A stretch of 64,000 nt of DNA from the NCBI GenBank assembly GCA_963825135.1, contig CAWGRW010000009.1:1984001-2048000 (forward strand), read 5' to 3'. The stretch's first letter is position 1. Each line of letters begins with the position of its first letter. The DNA comes from an uncultured bacterium (GTDB lineage Bacteria > Desulfobacterota_D > UBA1144 > Nemesobacterales > UBA2774). Position numbers and translations under genes: made by a program. This document shows positions 18,587 through 28,367 of the stretch, one piece after another. A model generated the notes under the pieces. The model had not been told where the DNA came from. It saw only the letters and a program-made list of their open reading frames with translations, and made no database searches.

Positions 18587-20317
18587 ATGAACAGAGATTA
18601 TGATAATTTAAGGAATTCGAGCATGAAACTCCATGACGTGGAGGTGGAGCGGTTCAAAGCCCTTCTGGAATACAATATTCTGGATACGGGGCAGGACGAC
18701 GCATTCGACGAGCTCGCGCGTCTGGCCGCGTATATCTGCAAGACCCCAATCGCACTCATATCCTTCATAGACGAGAACAGGGAATGGTTCAAGTCGATGA
18801 CGGGCATCGACAGCAAAATAAAGGAAGTTCCCCGTGACAAGTCTTTCGGCGCTTATGTGATAAATCACCCCGATGAGGTGCTCGCCGTAACGAGACCCCT
18901 CGAGGACGATAGGACGAAGCAGAACCCTTTACTTAAGTCCTACCCGGATATTAATTTTATCGCGGGCCTTCCTTTGGTCGACCGGAACGGCCACAAGATA
19001 GGCTCTCTTTGCGTCCTGGGTTTTCAGGAAAAGGAGCTCAGCTTCGAGCAGGTTTCCTTCCTGCAAACAATCGCCAGAAAGGTAATACTGCAGCTTGAGC
19101 GTGGACGCAGCGCTTCGGATGCCGAGCCCGTACCCCAATTAAAGTTCAGCGGGGAAAAAGGAGATCCTGAAAACGACGGGTCCGAAAATATCCATAGGAT
19201 AGCGGTCGGCGGAGTCGGAGTAGACGAGAAAATGATTCCCGGTATTGAGATTAATGACGAAGACGAGGACAGCTCGAATATAAGAAATGATATCAAGGAG
19301 CTTATCGTCAAGCTCGAGAGGCAAAACAGAAAGCTTATTTTATTATGCGAGATGGACGAATTACTCCAGGCTTCCCATGACGAAGAAGAGGTGTACAGGA
19401 TTATCACGAATTACAGTAATAAATTGTTTCCGGGGGAATCGGGGTCTCTATATATCTACAACGAAACACTTAACATTCTCGAATGTGTTTCGATCTGGGG
19501 AGATAAAACCAACAGCGAGCACGAATTTCTCCCGGACAGATGCTGGGCGCTCAGGCTCGGCAGGCTGCATTATGTAAATAACGCCCCCACCGAGCTTTAC
19601 TGTCAGCATCTTGGCGAAACCTCAAAAATCAATTATTTTTGCGCCCCGATGCTGGCGAGGGGCAAGACCCTGGGGCTTCTTCATCTGAAGAGCGATTCCG
19701 ATTTCACGCAGGGGGACGACGGGGGACGGGAAAGCGGCTATAACAGCCACATAGTTTCCACGATGGCCAAGCTCGCGGCGCTCGCGCTCGGGAATATCAA
19801 GCGCCATGACGCGCTCCAGAACTATGCGATTTATGACTCCCTTACCGGCCTTTTCAACAGGCGTTATATGGAGGAAACCCTTAAGAGGGAAGTCAGCAGG
19901 GTAGCGCGTAATAAAGAACCACTCGGTCTGATTATGGTGGACATCGACCATTTCAAGCAATTCAACGATTCCTACGGACACGCGGCGGGAGATTTGTTGC
20001 TGCGCAGCGTCGGCGACTTTTTTAAGGACAATATAAGGCGCGAGGACATCGCGTGCCGCTACGGGGGGGAGGAGTTCGTCCTGATACTTCCGGGCTCGTC
20101 ACTCGAAAATACCTGCAGGAGGGCCGAGCAGCTCCATGAGGAGATAAAACGCGTCCGCGTCCGCCACCGCGGAAGCTTCGTCAGCTCGATAGAAGTATCC
20201 ATGGGGGTAGTGGTCTTTTCGGAGCACGGCACGTCCGCGGAGCTCCTCCTGGAATCCGCCGACAAAGCCCTTTACAAGGCGAAGGCGCAGGGCCGAAACA
20301 GGATCGTCGTCGCGTAA
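18587..20317 (+). CDS. Diguanylate cyclase (GAF-GAF-GGDEF)
   Basis: DSLTGLFNRR, DIDHFK..ND.YGH, RxxD I-site (RRED), RYGGEEF. Confidence 0.93.
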   Translation: MNRDYDNLRNSSMKLHDVEVERFKALLEYNILDTGQDDAFDELARLAAYICKTPIALISFIDENREWFKSMTGIDSKIKEVPRDKSFGAYVINHPDEVLAVTRPLEDDRTKQNPLLKSYPDINFIAGLPLVDRNGHKIGSLCVLGFQEKELSFEQVSFLQTIARKVILQLERGRSASDAEPVPQLKFSGEKGDPENDGSENIHRIAVGGVGVDEKMIPGIEINDEDEDSSNIRNDIKELIVKLERQNRKLILLCEMDELLQASHDEEEVYRIITNYSNKLFPGESGSLYIYNETLNILECVSIWGDKTNSEHEFLPDRCWALRLGRLHYVNNAPTELYCQHLGETSKINYFCAPMLARGKTLGLLHLKSDSDFTQGDDGGRESGYNSHIVSTMAKLAALALGNIKRHDALQNYAIYDSLTGLFNRRYMEETLKREVSRVARNKEPLGLIMVDIDHFKQFNDSYGHAAGDLLLRSVGDFFKDNIRREDIACRYGGEEFVLILPGSSLENTCRRAEQLHEEIKRVRVRHRGSFVSSIEVSMGVVVFSEHGTSAELLLESADKALYKAKAQGRNRIVVA

Positions 20318-20363
20318 AGCGCCTCTCGCAAGTCGCTTCCCGGCGCCGGATTGTTCTTCCGCC

Positions 20364-20786
20364 TTACTGGTTCGAGTTGTTCGAGCTATTGCCGAACGCC
20401 TTGAGGTCTTGGGCGTTTTCAAAATAATAGACCGTACCGTCCGGTGCCGCGCCTATCACCGCGGAAGATTTATCCACCTCTTTCCCGCTTACGGGGTCTA
20501 CCGCCACCCGGCTCGCGGGGTCCTCTTTCAGCTTGGCCTCGCACATGTGGCAGCAACCGTAATATGTCTTGCCGTCGACGGCCACGGGGAGTTGCTCCTT
20601 GTCGTTGAGCTGGTTCGTGACCATGCAAACGTATTTCGATTCGACCTGAGTGAGTGCGGCCGGTTGACTGCTCTTTGCGTTCCCAGTGCTTTGCGCTCTC
20701 GATTCATGCGGTATGAGAGTCAGAGCAGCGATTAATCCCACGAAGAAAACCGCTATAGCGTATGTCCTGAAACTTCTTGTAATCAT
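20364..20786 (-). CDS. Exported YHS/TRASH-domain metal-binding protein
   Basis: Signal peptide, VCMVTN, GKTYYGCCHMC, DPVSG..YYFE. Confidence 0.75.
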   Translation of the reverse strand: MITRSFRTYAIAVFFVGLIAALTLIPHESRAQSTGNAKSSQPAALTQVESKYVCMVTNQLNDKEQLPVAVDGKTYYGCCHMCEAKLKEDPASRVAVDPVSGKEVDKSSAVIGAAPDGTVYYFENAQDLKAFGNSSNNSNQ

Positions 20787-20861
20787 AAATAAGCCCTCCT
20801 GTATATCGGCCGGGATATTTGTATTTTGAACGATCTCCCGCTCCTCTACTATCTATCTATT

Positions 20862-21413
20862 TTAGTCGTCGTGATGGTGATCCTGCGAGGGGTTCTTACT
20901 CGCCTCTGTCCTCATCTGTTGATACTGCTCTTTGGACAGGTTGGGGAGACCCTCGATGAACGCCACCATGCCCCATATATCGTCATCCGAGTGAGTCGAG
21001 CCCGACTCGGGCATGCCCGTCATCTTTATTCCGTTCTTTATGACCCAGAAGATCTCCGCCGGTCTCAGCACTTCGACGACTTTGGCAAGTTTCGGGGGGG
21101 CAGGGTTAAATCCTTCAGCGGGATCGATACCGGGGGCCCCGTGGCACCCGACGCACATATCGTCATAGTGCTCGAACCCCTCCCTCACGAGGCCTTCGCC
21201 TTCGAGAGACGGCTCCTTTATGCCCTCCGAGTGTTTCCTTATGGAGCTCACTTTTGCCGTATTGAAGACCCAGGTCGCCAATTCCGAGTGCGGAACCGTA
21301 GCGGCGATGTTATACGTCCCCGAGTATATAAAAATGACGGAGCCCAGAACAACGAAGCATATCAGAACAAGTAAGGATTTTATCATGATAATCGCCAACC
21401 TCCTTTCCTGCAT
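20862..21413 (-). CDS. Membrane-anchored monoheme cytochrome c with His-rich tail
   Basis: CVGCHGAPG, GIKMTGMP, C-terminal DHHHDD. Confidence 0.85.
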   Translation of the reverse strand: MQERRLAIIMIKSLLVLICFVVLGSVIFIYSGTYNIAATVPHSELATWVFNTAKVSSIRKHSEGIKEPSLEGEGLVREGFEHYDDMCVGCHGAPGIDPAEGFNPAPPKLAKVVEVLRPAEIFWVIKNGIKMTGMPESGSTHSDDDIWGMVAFIEGLPNLSKEQYQQMRTEASKNPSQDHHHDD

Positions 21414-21486
21414 CTTCTGCGGTTGATACGATGCGCAGACTCCCGACTATTATAAATTATTTTATCGTAAACGTTTATATCGCCGC

Positions 21487-21602
21487 TTATCGATTCAAAT
21501 TGTTCTTTAGCCCTCTTCCTTTCCACAGCGCATATATTGCCGGAATGATCACTAGCGTGAGGATGGCCGAAGTGATGAGTCCCCCGACCATCGGGGCCGC
21601 GA
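21487..21602 (-). pseudogene. Orphan 3' fragment of a second cusA-like gene (last TM helix plus its own stop)
   Basis: 21517-21602 aligns with cusA 22300-22385 (11 mismatches in 86 nt); reads AAPMVGGLITSAILTLVIIPAIYALWKGRGLKNNLNR*. Confidence 0.85.
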
Positions 21603-21613
21603 CTTTCTCCTCT

Positions 21614-22177
21614 CTATTGCGCCGGCATATTCTTCATCATGTCCCCCTTATGCATCATCTCCCCGCTCTTCATCATTCCCTGGTTCATGGGCATCATCTG
21701 CATACATTGCTTAAAGTTTTCCGGACCTAAGGTTTTTCTTACAGCCGCGAGCGCATCGACCATCATATCGGCAGTCTCCAGGTTGAGTTGATTCGACGTT
21801 TTTATTTCCGACTTTAACTTTGCGGGGTCGAAGTCGGGGTCGTGCAGCATATCCATAATCTTCATGTGAGAGATTTTGAAATCGGCTTCCTTCTGCACGA
21901 TCGGATACAGGTATTTTTCATTGATTCCCGCAAATTCTTTTTTTTGAGCGTCGGTGAGATCGAGGGTGCTTGCTTTCATCATGATGTGGTGGACCATCAT
22001 GCTGTACATCATGGAGTCGCCCATCATATGGCTCCCCATGCCATGTTCCATTCCCATCATGTTTCCGTTCGACATCATATCCTGTTTCTGCTGGTCCTTT
22101 TGCTGGCCCGTACCCTGGGCCGGAGCGAGGCTCGTAAAGCACATAAGTATGAGTATTGAAGCAGCTAATCTTTTCAT
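21614..22177 (-). CDS. Exported Met-rich Spy/CpxP-like (LTxxQ) protein
   Basis: Signal peptide, LDLTDAQ, about 32 Met in 187 aa, GGAGG SD. Confidence 0.8.
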   Translation of the reverse strand: MKRLAASILILMCFTSLAPAQGTGQQKDQQKQDMMSNGNMMGMEHGMGSHMMGDSMMYSMMVHHIMMKASTLDLTDAQKKEFAGINEKYLYPIVQKEADFKISHMKIMDMLHDPDFDPAKLKSEIKTSNQLNLETADMMVDALAAVRKTLGPENFKQCMQMMPMNQGMMKSGEMMHKGDMMKNMPAQ

Positions 22178-22266
22178 GTCTAATACCTCCGTTCTGTTAT
22201 TTTTTTTCTTTCATTCTAATTCTTTTTTTACGATTTTCATTTCTATACCGCTACTTTCGCTTAATC

Positions 22267-25200
22267 TCAATCTTCACTCGGCCTTTTCGATACACTGCCT
22301 CCTTTCCATACGGCGTATACTGCGGGAATGATCACGAGCGTGAGGATGGCCGAAGTAATGAGCCCGCCGACCATCGGAGCCGCGATCCTTTTAATCATGT
22401 CCGCTCCGGTGCCTGCGCTCCACATGAGGGGGAGTAGGCCCAGGGTCATTGTCGCGACAGTCATCATCTTGGGCCTTACCCGTTGTACCGCCCCTTCGGT
22501 TATAGCGGTGTGGAGATCCCCCTCCGTATTCATCTCGTTTCTCATCCTCCTCTTCTCGTAAGCCTCGTCGAGATAGATAATCATCACCACCCCTGTTCCC
22601 GCGGCGAGTCCTGCGAGCGCTATGATTCCGACCCAAACGGCTATGCTCATGTTGTATCCGAGCAGATACAAAAACCATATGCTCCCTACAAGCGAGAACG
22701 GCACTGAAAATAATACGATCAGCGATTCGGTGATTGATTTGAAATTGAGATAGAGGAGAAGGAATATGATGAATAGCGTGAGAGGCAGTATGTATTTCAG
22801 TCTTTCCTTGACCCTCAGGAGGTATTCATACTGTCCCGCCCATTGCAGATAGTAGCCCGGGGGCAGCTTGACTTCCTCCTGAATTATTTTTTTCGCTCCT
22901 TTTACATACCCTTCGTAGTCCTTCCCCTCTACATCGACAAAAACATAACCTACCTTCTGTCCGTCCTCGTTCCTTATCTCGGGCGCGCCGGAATTGAAAC
23001 TTATTTTGGCGAGAAGCGCGATCGGGACCTGAGCTCCCGACGGAGTCGCGACGAGCACCCTCTCCAGCTTGTCCGGATCCGTTCTCAACTCTCTCGGATA
23101 CCTGACGTTTATCGGGTATCTCTCCTGCCCCTCGACCGTCTGCGATATGTTCTTTCCGCCTATCGCGGTTTCTATGACGTCCTCCACTTCCCCCACCGTC
23201 AGGCCGTACCTGGCGGCCTTCTCACGGTCTATGTCGAAATCGAGGAAATACCCCCCCGTTATCCTTTCCGCAAACGCACTCCTTGTCCCCGGAGTTTTCG
23301 CGAGCACGCTTTCGATATCGACTGCAATCTTTTCTATGGTGCCCAGGTCCGGGCCGAATACCTTTATGCCGAGGTTGCTCCTGAAGCCGGACGTGAGCAT
23401 CTCGGTCCTTGTCTGGATGGGCATCCAGAAAATATTCGCCATACCGGGTAATTTTACGGTTTGATTCATTTCCGATATGAGCTTCTCCCATGTCATCCCT
23501 GCGCGCCACTTGTCCTCGGGCTTCAGAATGATGACCGTTTCCACCATGCTGAGAGGGGCGGAGTCCGTAGGTGATTCGGAGCGCCCTATCTTTCCGAAAA
23601 CTCTTTCCACCTCGGGGAATTTCATCAGCATCTTGTCCTGAGTCTGGAGGATTTTGGATGCCTCGGTTATCGACATCCCGGGCACGGCCGTAGGCATGTA
23701 GAGTATCGTTCCCTCGTTCAGCGGGGGCATGAACTCGGAGCCCAGCCTGAGGAATGGAAAAATAGTCAGGACGAGTATTACAACTGATGATAATAAAACA
23801 GTCTTCTTGAAACGGAGCACGAAGCCCACGACCGGGTCATAAAGCCCTATCAGACACCTGCTGATGGGATTCTTCGCCTCCGGCTTTACTTTCCCCGTCA
23901 CGAGGAGGGCTATTAAAGCGGGGGTGATCGTTATCGCCAGGAGAGAAGAAAAAAACATCGCGAAGGATTTAGTGAACGCGAGCGGCTTAAACAGCCTCCC
24001 TTCCTGGTATTCGAGAGTGAAGATAGGAAGAAAAGATACGGTGATGACGAGTATGGAAAAGAAAACAGGCCTTCCTACTTCTTTCATTCCCTCGAGAACA
24101 GCGTCGAACCTCGATCCCTTCTCTCCTTCAGACTGCCATTTTTCGAGCTTCTTATGCACGTTCTCGATTAGTACGATCGAGGCGTCCACCATCGCCCCTA
24201 TGGCAATGGCGATCCCCCCGAGCGACATGATATTCGAGTTGAGGTGCATGTAGTGCATAGGTATGAATGCCATGAGCACGCCGATGGGGATCGAGAGTAT
24301 GGGTATTACCGCGCTCCTGAAATGGAGGAGGAATACGATTATTACCACGCTCACAATGATCATTTCTTCAATCAGGGTCCCCTTAAGCGTCCCTATCGCG
24401 CTCAGGATGAGGTCCGAGCGGTCATAGGTGGTCACGACTTTAACTCCTTCGGGCAGCGACGGTTTTATGTCTTCGAGCTTCTCTTTCACCTTTTCTATCA
24501 CTTCGAGAGCGTTTTCGCCGTGGCGCATAACTACAATCCCCCCGACCGTCTCGCCCTTTCCGTCAAGCTCGGCGACGCCTCTCCTGATATCGGGGCCGAG
24601 CTCCACGTTGGCGATGTCCCGCACGTATACGGGAGTCCCGTTTCCGTTCGTGCTAACCGGAATATTCTCTATATCCTCTATTGACTTTATATATCCCTTC
24701 CCCCGCACGTAGTACTCGGTCGAACCGAATTCGACTACCCTGCCCCCCACGTCGTTGTTGCTGGACCTGATCGCTTCGATCACCTCGTTCATGGGAACGT
24801 CGTATGCTATGAGCTTATTCGGGTCGATTTCGACCTGATACTGTTTTACGAATCCCCCCACACTTGCGACTTCAGCGACGCCGGGGACGGATTCCAGCCA
24901 GTATCTGAGATACCAGTCCTGGAACGTTCGGAGGTCGGCCAGATCGTGTTTGCCGGATTCGTCCACGAGCGCGTATTCATAGACCCATCCGACTCCCGTG
25001 GCGTCCGGGCCCAGCGTCGGATTGATTCCTTCGGGGAGTTTCCCCCTGACCTCGTTTAAATATTCGAGCACGCGGCTCCTCGCCCAGTATATGTCTGTCC
25101 CGTCCTCGAATATTACATAGACGAGTGACGTGCCGAACATCGACTGCCCCCTCACGAGTTTCACTTTGGGCGCTGCAATCATGCTCGTGACTATGGGGTA

Positions 25201-25398
25201 TGTGATCTGGTCTTCTATCAAGTCCGGGCTTCTTCCCTCCCAGTCCGTATAGACTATGACCTGAACGTCCGACAGGTCTGGTATAGCGTCGAGTGGAGTA
25301 TTCTTCATCGCCCAGTATCCCCAGGCGGCGAGAAAAGCGATCAGCGTGATCGTCAGAAACCTGTTCTTTGCCGAATACTCTATGATTTTATCTATCAT
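22267..25398 (-). CDS. cusA: CusA/SilA-type Cu(I)/Ag(I) RND efflux permease
   Basis: PLDAIPDLSDVQV, YWARSRVLEYL, Met-containing LYMPT / PLSMVET / TEMLTSG, RVRPKMMT. Confidence 0.95.
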   Translation of the reverse strand: MIDKIIEYSAKNRFLTITLIAFLAAWGYWAMKNTPLDAIPDLSDVQVIVYTDWEGRSPDLIEDQITYPIVTSMIAAPKVKLVRGQSMFGTSLVYVIFEDGTDIYWARSRVLEYLNEVRGKLPEGINPTLGPDATGVGWVYEYALVDESGKHDLADLRTFQDWYLRYWLESVPGVAEVASVGGFVKQYQVEIDPNKLIAYDVPMNEVIEAIRSSNNDVGGRVVEFGSTEYYVRGKGYIKSIEDIENIPVSTNGNGTPVYVRDIANVELGPDIRRGVAELDGKGETVGGIVVMRHGENALEVIEKVKEKLEDIKPSLPEGVKVVTTYDRSDLILSAIGTLKGTLIEEMIIVSVVIIVFLLHFRSAVIPILSIPIGVLMAFIPMHYMHLNSNIMSLGGIAIAIGAMVDASIVLIENVHKKLEKWQSEGEKGSRFDAVLEGMKEVGRPVFFSILVITVSFLPIFTLEYQEGRLFKPLAFTKSFAMFFSSLLAITITPALIALLVTGKVKPEAKNPISRCLIGLYDPVVGFVLRFKKTVLLSSVVILVLTIFPFLRLGSEFMPPLNEGTILYMPTAVPGMSITEASKILQTQDKMLMKFPEVERVFGKIGRSESPTDSAPLSMVETVIILKPEDKWRAGMTWEKLISEMNQTVKLPGMANIFWMPIQTRTEMLTSGFRSNLGIKVFGPDLGTIEKIAVDIESVLAKTPGTRSAFAERITGGYFLDFDIDREKAARYGLTVGEVEDVIETAIGGKNISQTVEGQERYPINVRYPRELRTDPDKLERVLVATPSGAQVPIALLAKISFNSGAPEIRNEDGQKVGYVFVDVEGKDYEGYVKGAKKIIQEEVKLPPGYYLQWAGQYEYLLRVKERLKYILPLTLFIIFLLLYLNFKSITESLIVLFSVPFSLVGSIWFLYLLGYNMSIAVWVGIIALAGLAAGTGVVMIIYLDEAYEKRRMRNEMNTEGDLHTAITEGAVQRVRPKMMTVATMTLGLLPLMWSAGTGADMIKRIAAPMVGGLITSAILTLVIIPAVYAVWKGGSVSKRPSED

Positions 25399-25491
25399 CG
25401 GTCCTATCCTTTTAATCCGTCATTGAGATATGTAATCATCGTTGTCGCGGGGTCTATATGCTCCGCGCGCGGAAAGTCCGCCCTCGCAGGG

Positions 25492-26958
25492 TTAATGTCC
25501 TTCGTGGTGTTTCATGCTTTCACCCTCATTGTCATCTCCACTCCATGAGGCGACGGCAGCCTGTATCTTGCTTTCGGAGTCGATTAAGAAATTCGCCCTC
25601 GAGACGACCATCTCTCCATCGCTCAGCCCCCCGAGCACTTCATAGTAGCCGCCCGCTTTCTGCCCGAGTTTCACTCTTTTTATCTCCATATTTCCCTCGC
25701 CCTTATCTACGAAAACTATGTCCTGTTTCCCCGTCCTGAGCACCGCGGATTCGGGAACGGCAAGCTTCTCTCCGAGCGGGATATCGATGCTCACCTCTGC
25801 GTACATCTCGGGAAGGAGCTTCATATCGGGGTTGGGGAACTCGAGACGCGCCTTTACAGTCCTCGTCTTCATGTCGAGGTGAGGCGGAATGAACGTGACC
25901 TTCCCGTGGAACTCCTCGCCGGGAAACGATTCCAGCGTCATTACCGCGTGGTCTCCCGATTTAACGAGAGGTATCTCGTTCTCGTATATATCGGCCTCGA
26001 CCCACACGTTAGAATGGTCGGCGATCTTATAGAGAGCGGTGTTGGGCTCAACGTACATGTTCTGGAATGCATTTTTCTCGATCACGGCGCCCGAGACAGG
26101 GGAGTAAATTATCATGCTGTCTCTGACTTTTCCCGTTGCCGCGAGCTCCTTTATCTGACCCTCGGAAATGCCCCAAAGCTCGAGCCTTTTTCTCGATGCG
26201 TCGATGAGCGAATTAGCCCCGCCCGATATCTCCGGGAATTCGCTGCCGGAGAGTATTTCTCCCGAGCGCAGAGCGAGCAGGTATTCCTGCTCAGTCGACA
26301 CCAGCTCCGGGCTGTAAATGGAAAAAAGCGGATCTCCCTTCTTTACGTCCTGAAGCGTATAGTCGACGTAGAGCTTATCTATCCATCCGCTGAATCTTGT
26401 GTTTATTTGTGTGATTTTAGTTTCATCGAGGGTTACTCTTCCGACAGTCCTTATGGACTTGTCCATGTTGCGCACCGTTACGGGTTCTGTTTTAACCCCT
26501 ATCAGCTGCTGTCGCTCCGGGCTGACTGTGAACCGTGACCGGGATTCCCCTTTTCCGGGTTCGGGTGCAGGTGCAGGCATTTCCATCCCCGGCATGCTAT
26601 GGTCCATGGTCCCTGTTTCGGTTGAGCTCTCGGGCTCCGCGGTAGTTTCTTTCTCCGCATTCCCGGCGGGAGGCTCGGACTCCGGCCCGGTTTTCTTCAT
26701 GACCGGAATGAGCTCCATTCCGCATATCGGGCAGTGGCCGGGCTCCTTCATCCTCACCGATGTATGCATGGCGCATGTCCAGTAATCGATCTCGCCCTCC
26801 TCTGTCAGTACGGGGCGCCATTGGTGCTCGTGCCCCTCGGAGAAAAACGGTATCTCTTTAAGCATCGGTATCATGTAGCCGTACTTGTATATCGCGAGCG
26901 ATACGGCTGTTACGGCAATCAGAGCCGCGATTATATTGAGGCCGGTTCTCTTTTTCAT
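25492..26958 (-). CDS. cusB: CusB-type periplasmic adaptor with heavy-metal-binding domain
   Basis: WTCAMH..PGHCPICGMEL, YSPELV, NFLIDSES, Met/His-rich linker and tail. Confidence 0.9.
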   Translation of the reverse strand: MKKRTGLNIIAALIAVTAVSLAIYKYGYMIPMLKEIPFFSEGHEHQWRPVLTEEGEIDYWTCAMHTSVRMKEPGHCPICGMELIPVMKKTGPESEPPAGNAEKETTAEPESSTETGTMDHSMPGMEMPAPAPEPGKGESRSRFTVSPERQQLIGVKTEPVTVRNMDKSIRTVGRVTLDETKITQINTRFSGWIDKLYVDYTLQDVKKGDPLFSIYSPELVSTEQEYLLALRSGEILSGSEFPEISGGANSLIDASRKRLELWGISEGQIKELAATGKVRDSMIIYSPVSGAVIEKNAFQNMYVEPNTALYKIADHSNVWVEADIYENEIPLVKSGDHAVMTLESFPGEEFHGKVTFIPPHLDMKTRTVKARLEFPNPDMKLLPEMYAEVSIDIPLGEKLAVPESAVLRTGKQDIVFVDKGEGNMEIKRVKLGQKAGGYYEVLGGLSDGEMVVSRANFLIDSESKIQAAVASWSGDDNEGESMKHHEGH

Positions 26959-28238
26959 TTCGATTCTCCTTTCCTCTCGTTTTGATTCGTCGGATCGACT
27001 CCTGAAAGCTCCTCGATCCTGGCCAATGCCTTCCGGTATTCGGTGAGCTGTCTCTCATATTCGAGCTCGAAGCTGAATAAGGACACCATGCTGTCAAGGA
27101 GCGTGAGGAAGTCGACGGATCCCACCTGATAACCTGAAATCGCGGATTCAAGCGAGAGCTTCGATTGCGGGATAATTCCATCCTTATATAGGTTCATGAG
27201 CCTCTCGGCCGTTCTCGCGTTCAGATAACTCTCCTTCACGTTATAGTTAAGCTCCTGATTCACGGAGCTGTACTCCTCCTGCGCCCCTTTTAATTCCAGC
27301 GCCGCCTCCTCGATACCCGGCTTCTGTTTGCTCCAGAAATAAAGCGGCACCTTGAGTCCCAGAGATACTTCCCAGATTCCGTCAACGCCGTTCCCCGGTC
27401 TACCCATTATTCCCGGAGAGGCCCCCACGAAGAAATCGGGATAAAGTTCCTTCCGTGCAAGATTCAGAGACTCTTCTCCCCTCGCTATCTCACGCTCTTT
27501 CATGGCCAGGATCGGGGCGTTTTCCTTAGCGAGCTCACTCACTTCCTCTGAAGTCAGGGTAAGGGGTGTTTTTTGTATATACTCGGGATTGCCGAGCGCG
27601 GAGTCCTGCGGTCGGTTGAGTATGCTTTTTATCCTTGCCTCGATTATCTCCTTTTTCTGTTTAAAGACTTCGAGCTCCTCGATGGCTTTCGACGACTCAA
27701 CCTGGGCTTTCAGCACGTCCTGCTGTATGCCCTTTCCCACCTCGTACTTCACTTCAGCGATTTTGGTGAACTTTTCGAGTAGTTCCTTATTCCTTTCGGT
27801 GATCTCTATGGCTTTTTCCGCGAGGTTCCAGTCGTAGTAGGCGACCTTGAGATCGGCGACCACCCTCCTCACCGTTGCCTGATAGGATTTCTCCTCGGCT
27901 TCGGACTCTCTCGTTGCAATTTTAGCTTTCGACGAGAGCTTTCCGGGAAAGGGGATTTCCTGTTCGAATGAGAATTTCAGCATGCTGTTCGGTTCTTCGT
28001 CCAGAGTTATGCTGTCAAAACTCACGTTCTGCCAGTCGACTCCTATCATCGGATCGGGCAGCGTCCCCTCCTGCGCGGGCCGCTTCGCGGACGCCTGCGA
28101 CCTCGCTTTCGCCGCTTTGATCTCTGGGTTATTCCGGAGCGCTTCTTCCACGTACGAATTTAGTGTCCCGGATTCCCCCGCAAATAAAGCGTGCGTGAAA
28201 AGCAGGATTACAAATAGTGTTCCACATATCTTTCTCAT
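26955..28238 (-). CDS. TolC-family outer-membrane efflux protein (CusC position)
   Basis: Signal peptide, LPDP, QEIPFPGK, YQVG..DFL.LLD; overlaps cusB. Confidence 0.9.
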   Translation of the reverse strand: MRKICGTLFVILLFTHALFAGESGTLNSYVEEALRNNPEIKAAKARSQASAKRPAQEGTLPDPMIGVDWQNVSFDSITLDEEPNSMLKFSFEQEIPFPGKLSSKAKIATRESEAEEKSYQATVRRVVADLKVAYYDWNLAEKAIEITERNKELLEKFTKIAEVKYEVGKGIQQDVLKAQVESSKAIEELEVFKQKKEIIEARIKSILNRPQDSALGNPEYIQKTPLTLTSEEVSELAKENAPILAMKEREIARGEESLNLARKELYPDFFVGASPGIMGRPGNGVDGIWEVSLGLKVPLYFWSKQKPGIEEAALELKGAQEEYSSVNQELNYNVKESYLNARTAERLMNLYKDGIIPQSKLSLESAISGYQVGSVDFLTLLDSMVSLFSFELEYERQLTEYRKALARIEELSGVDPTNQNERKGESK

Positions 28239-28245
28239 GTCCGTC

Positions 28246-28261
28246 TCCCTCTCGTGAGGAA
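28246..28261 (-). promoter_or_regulatory. Hairpin occluding the SD of the TolC-family gene
   Basis: mRNA sense TTCCTC-acga-GAGGGA forms a 6-bp stem that includes the SD. Confidence 0.4.
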
Positions 28262-28367
28262 ACTGAAAAGCAATAATTTCTCGACAGTCGGATTTGTAAT
28301 GATGCAGCCATCCGGGACGGCGTGAGGGTACCTCAGCCGGATTCCGGACCGGTTTTATAGGATGGAA

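Noticed and set aside
20826..21730. Plus-strand ORFs 20826-21374 and 21431-21730
   Set aside because: They are antisense to the cytochrome c gene, the cusA remnant and the Met-rich gene; the shared peptide MITSVRMAEVMSPPTIGAA only reflects the cusA duplication.
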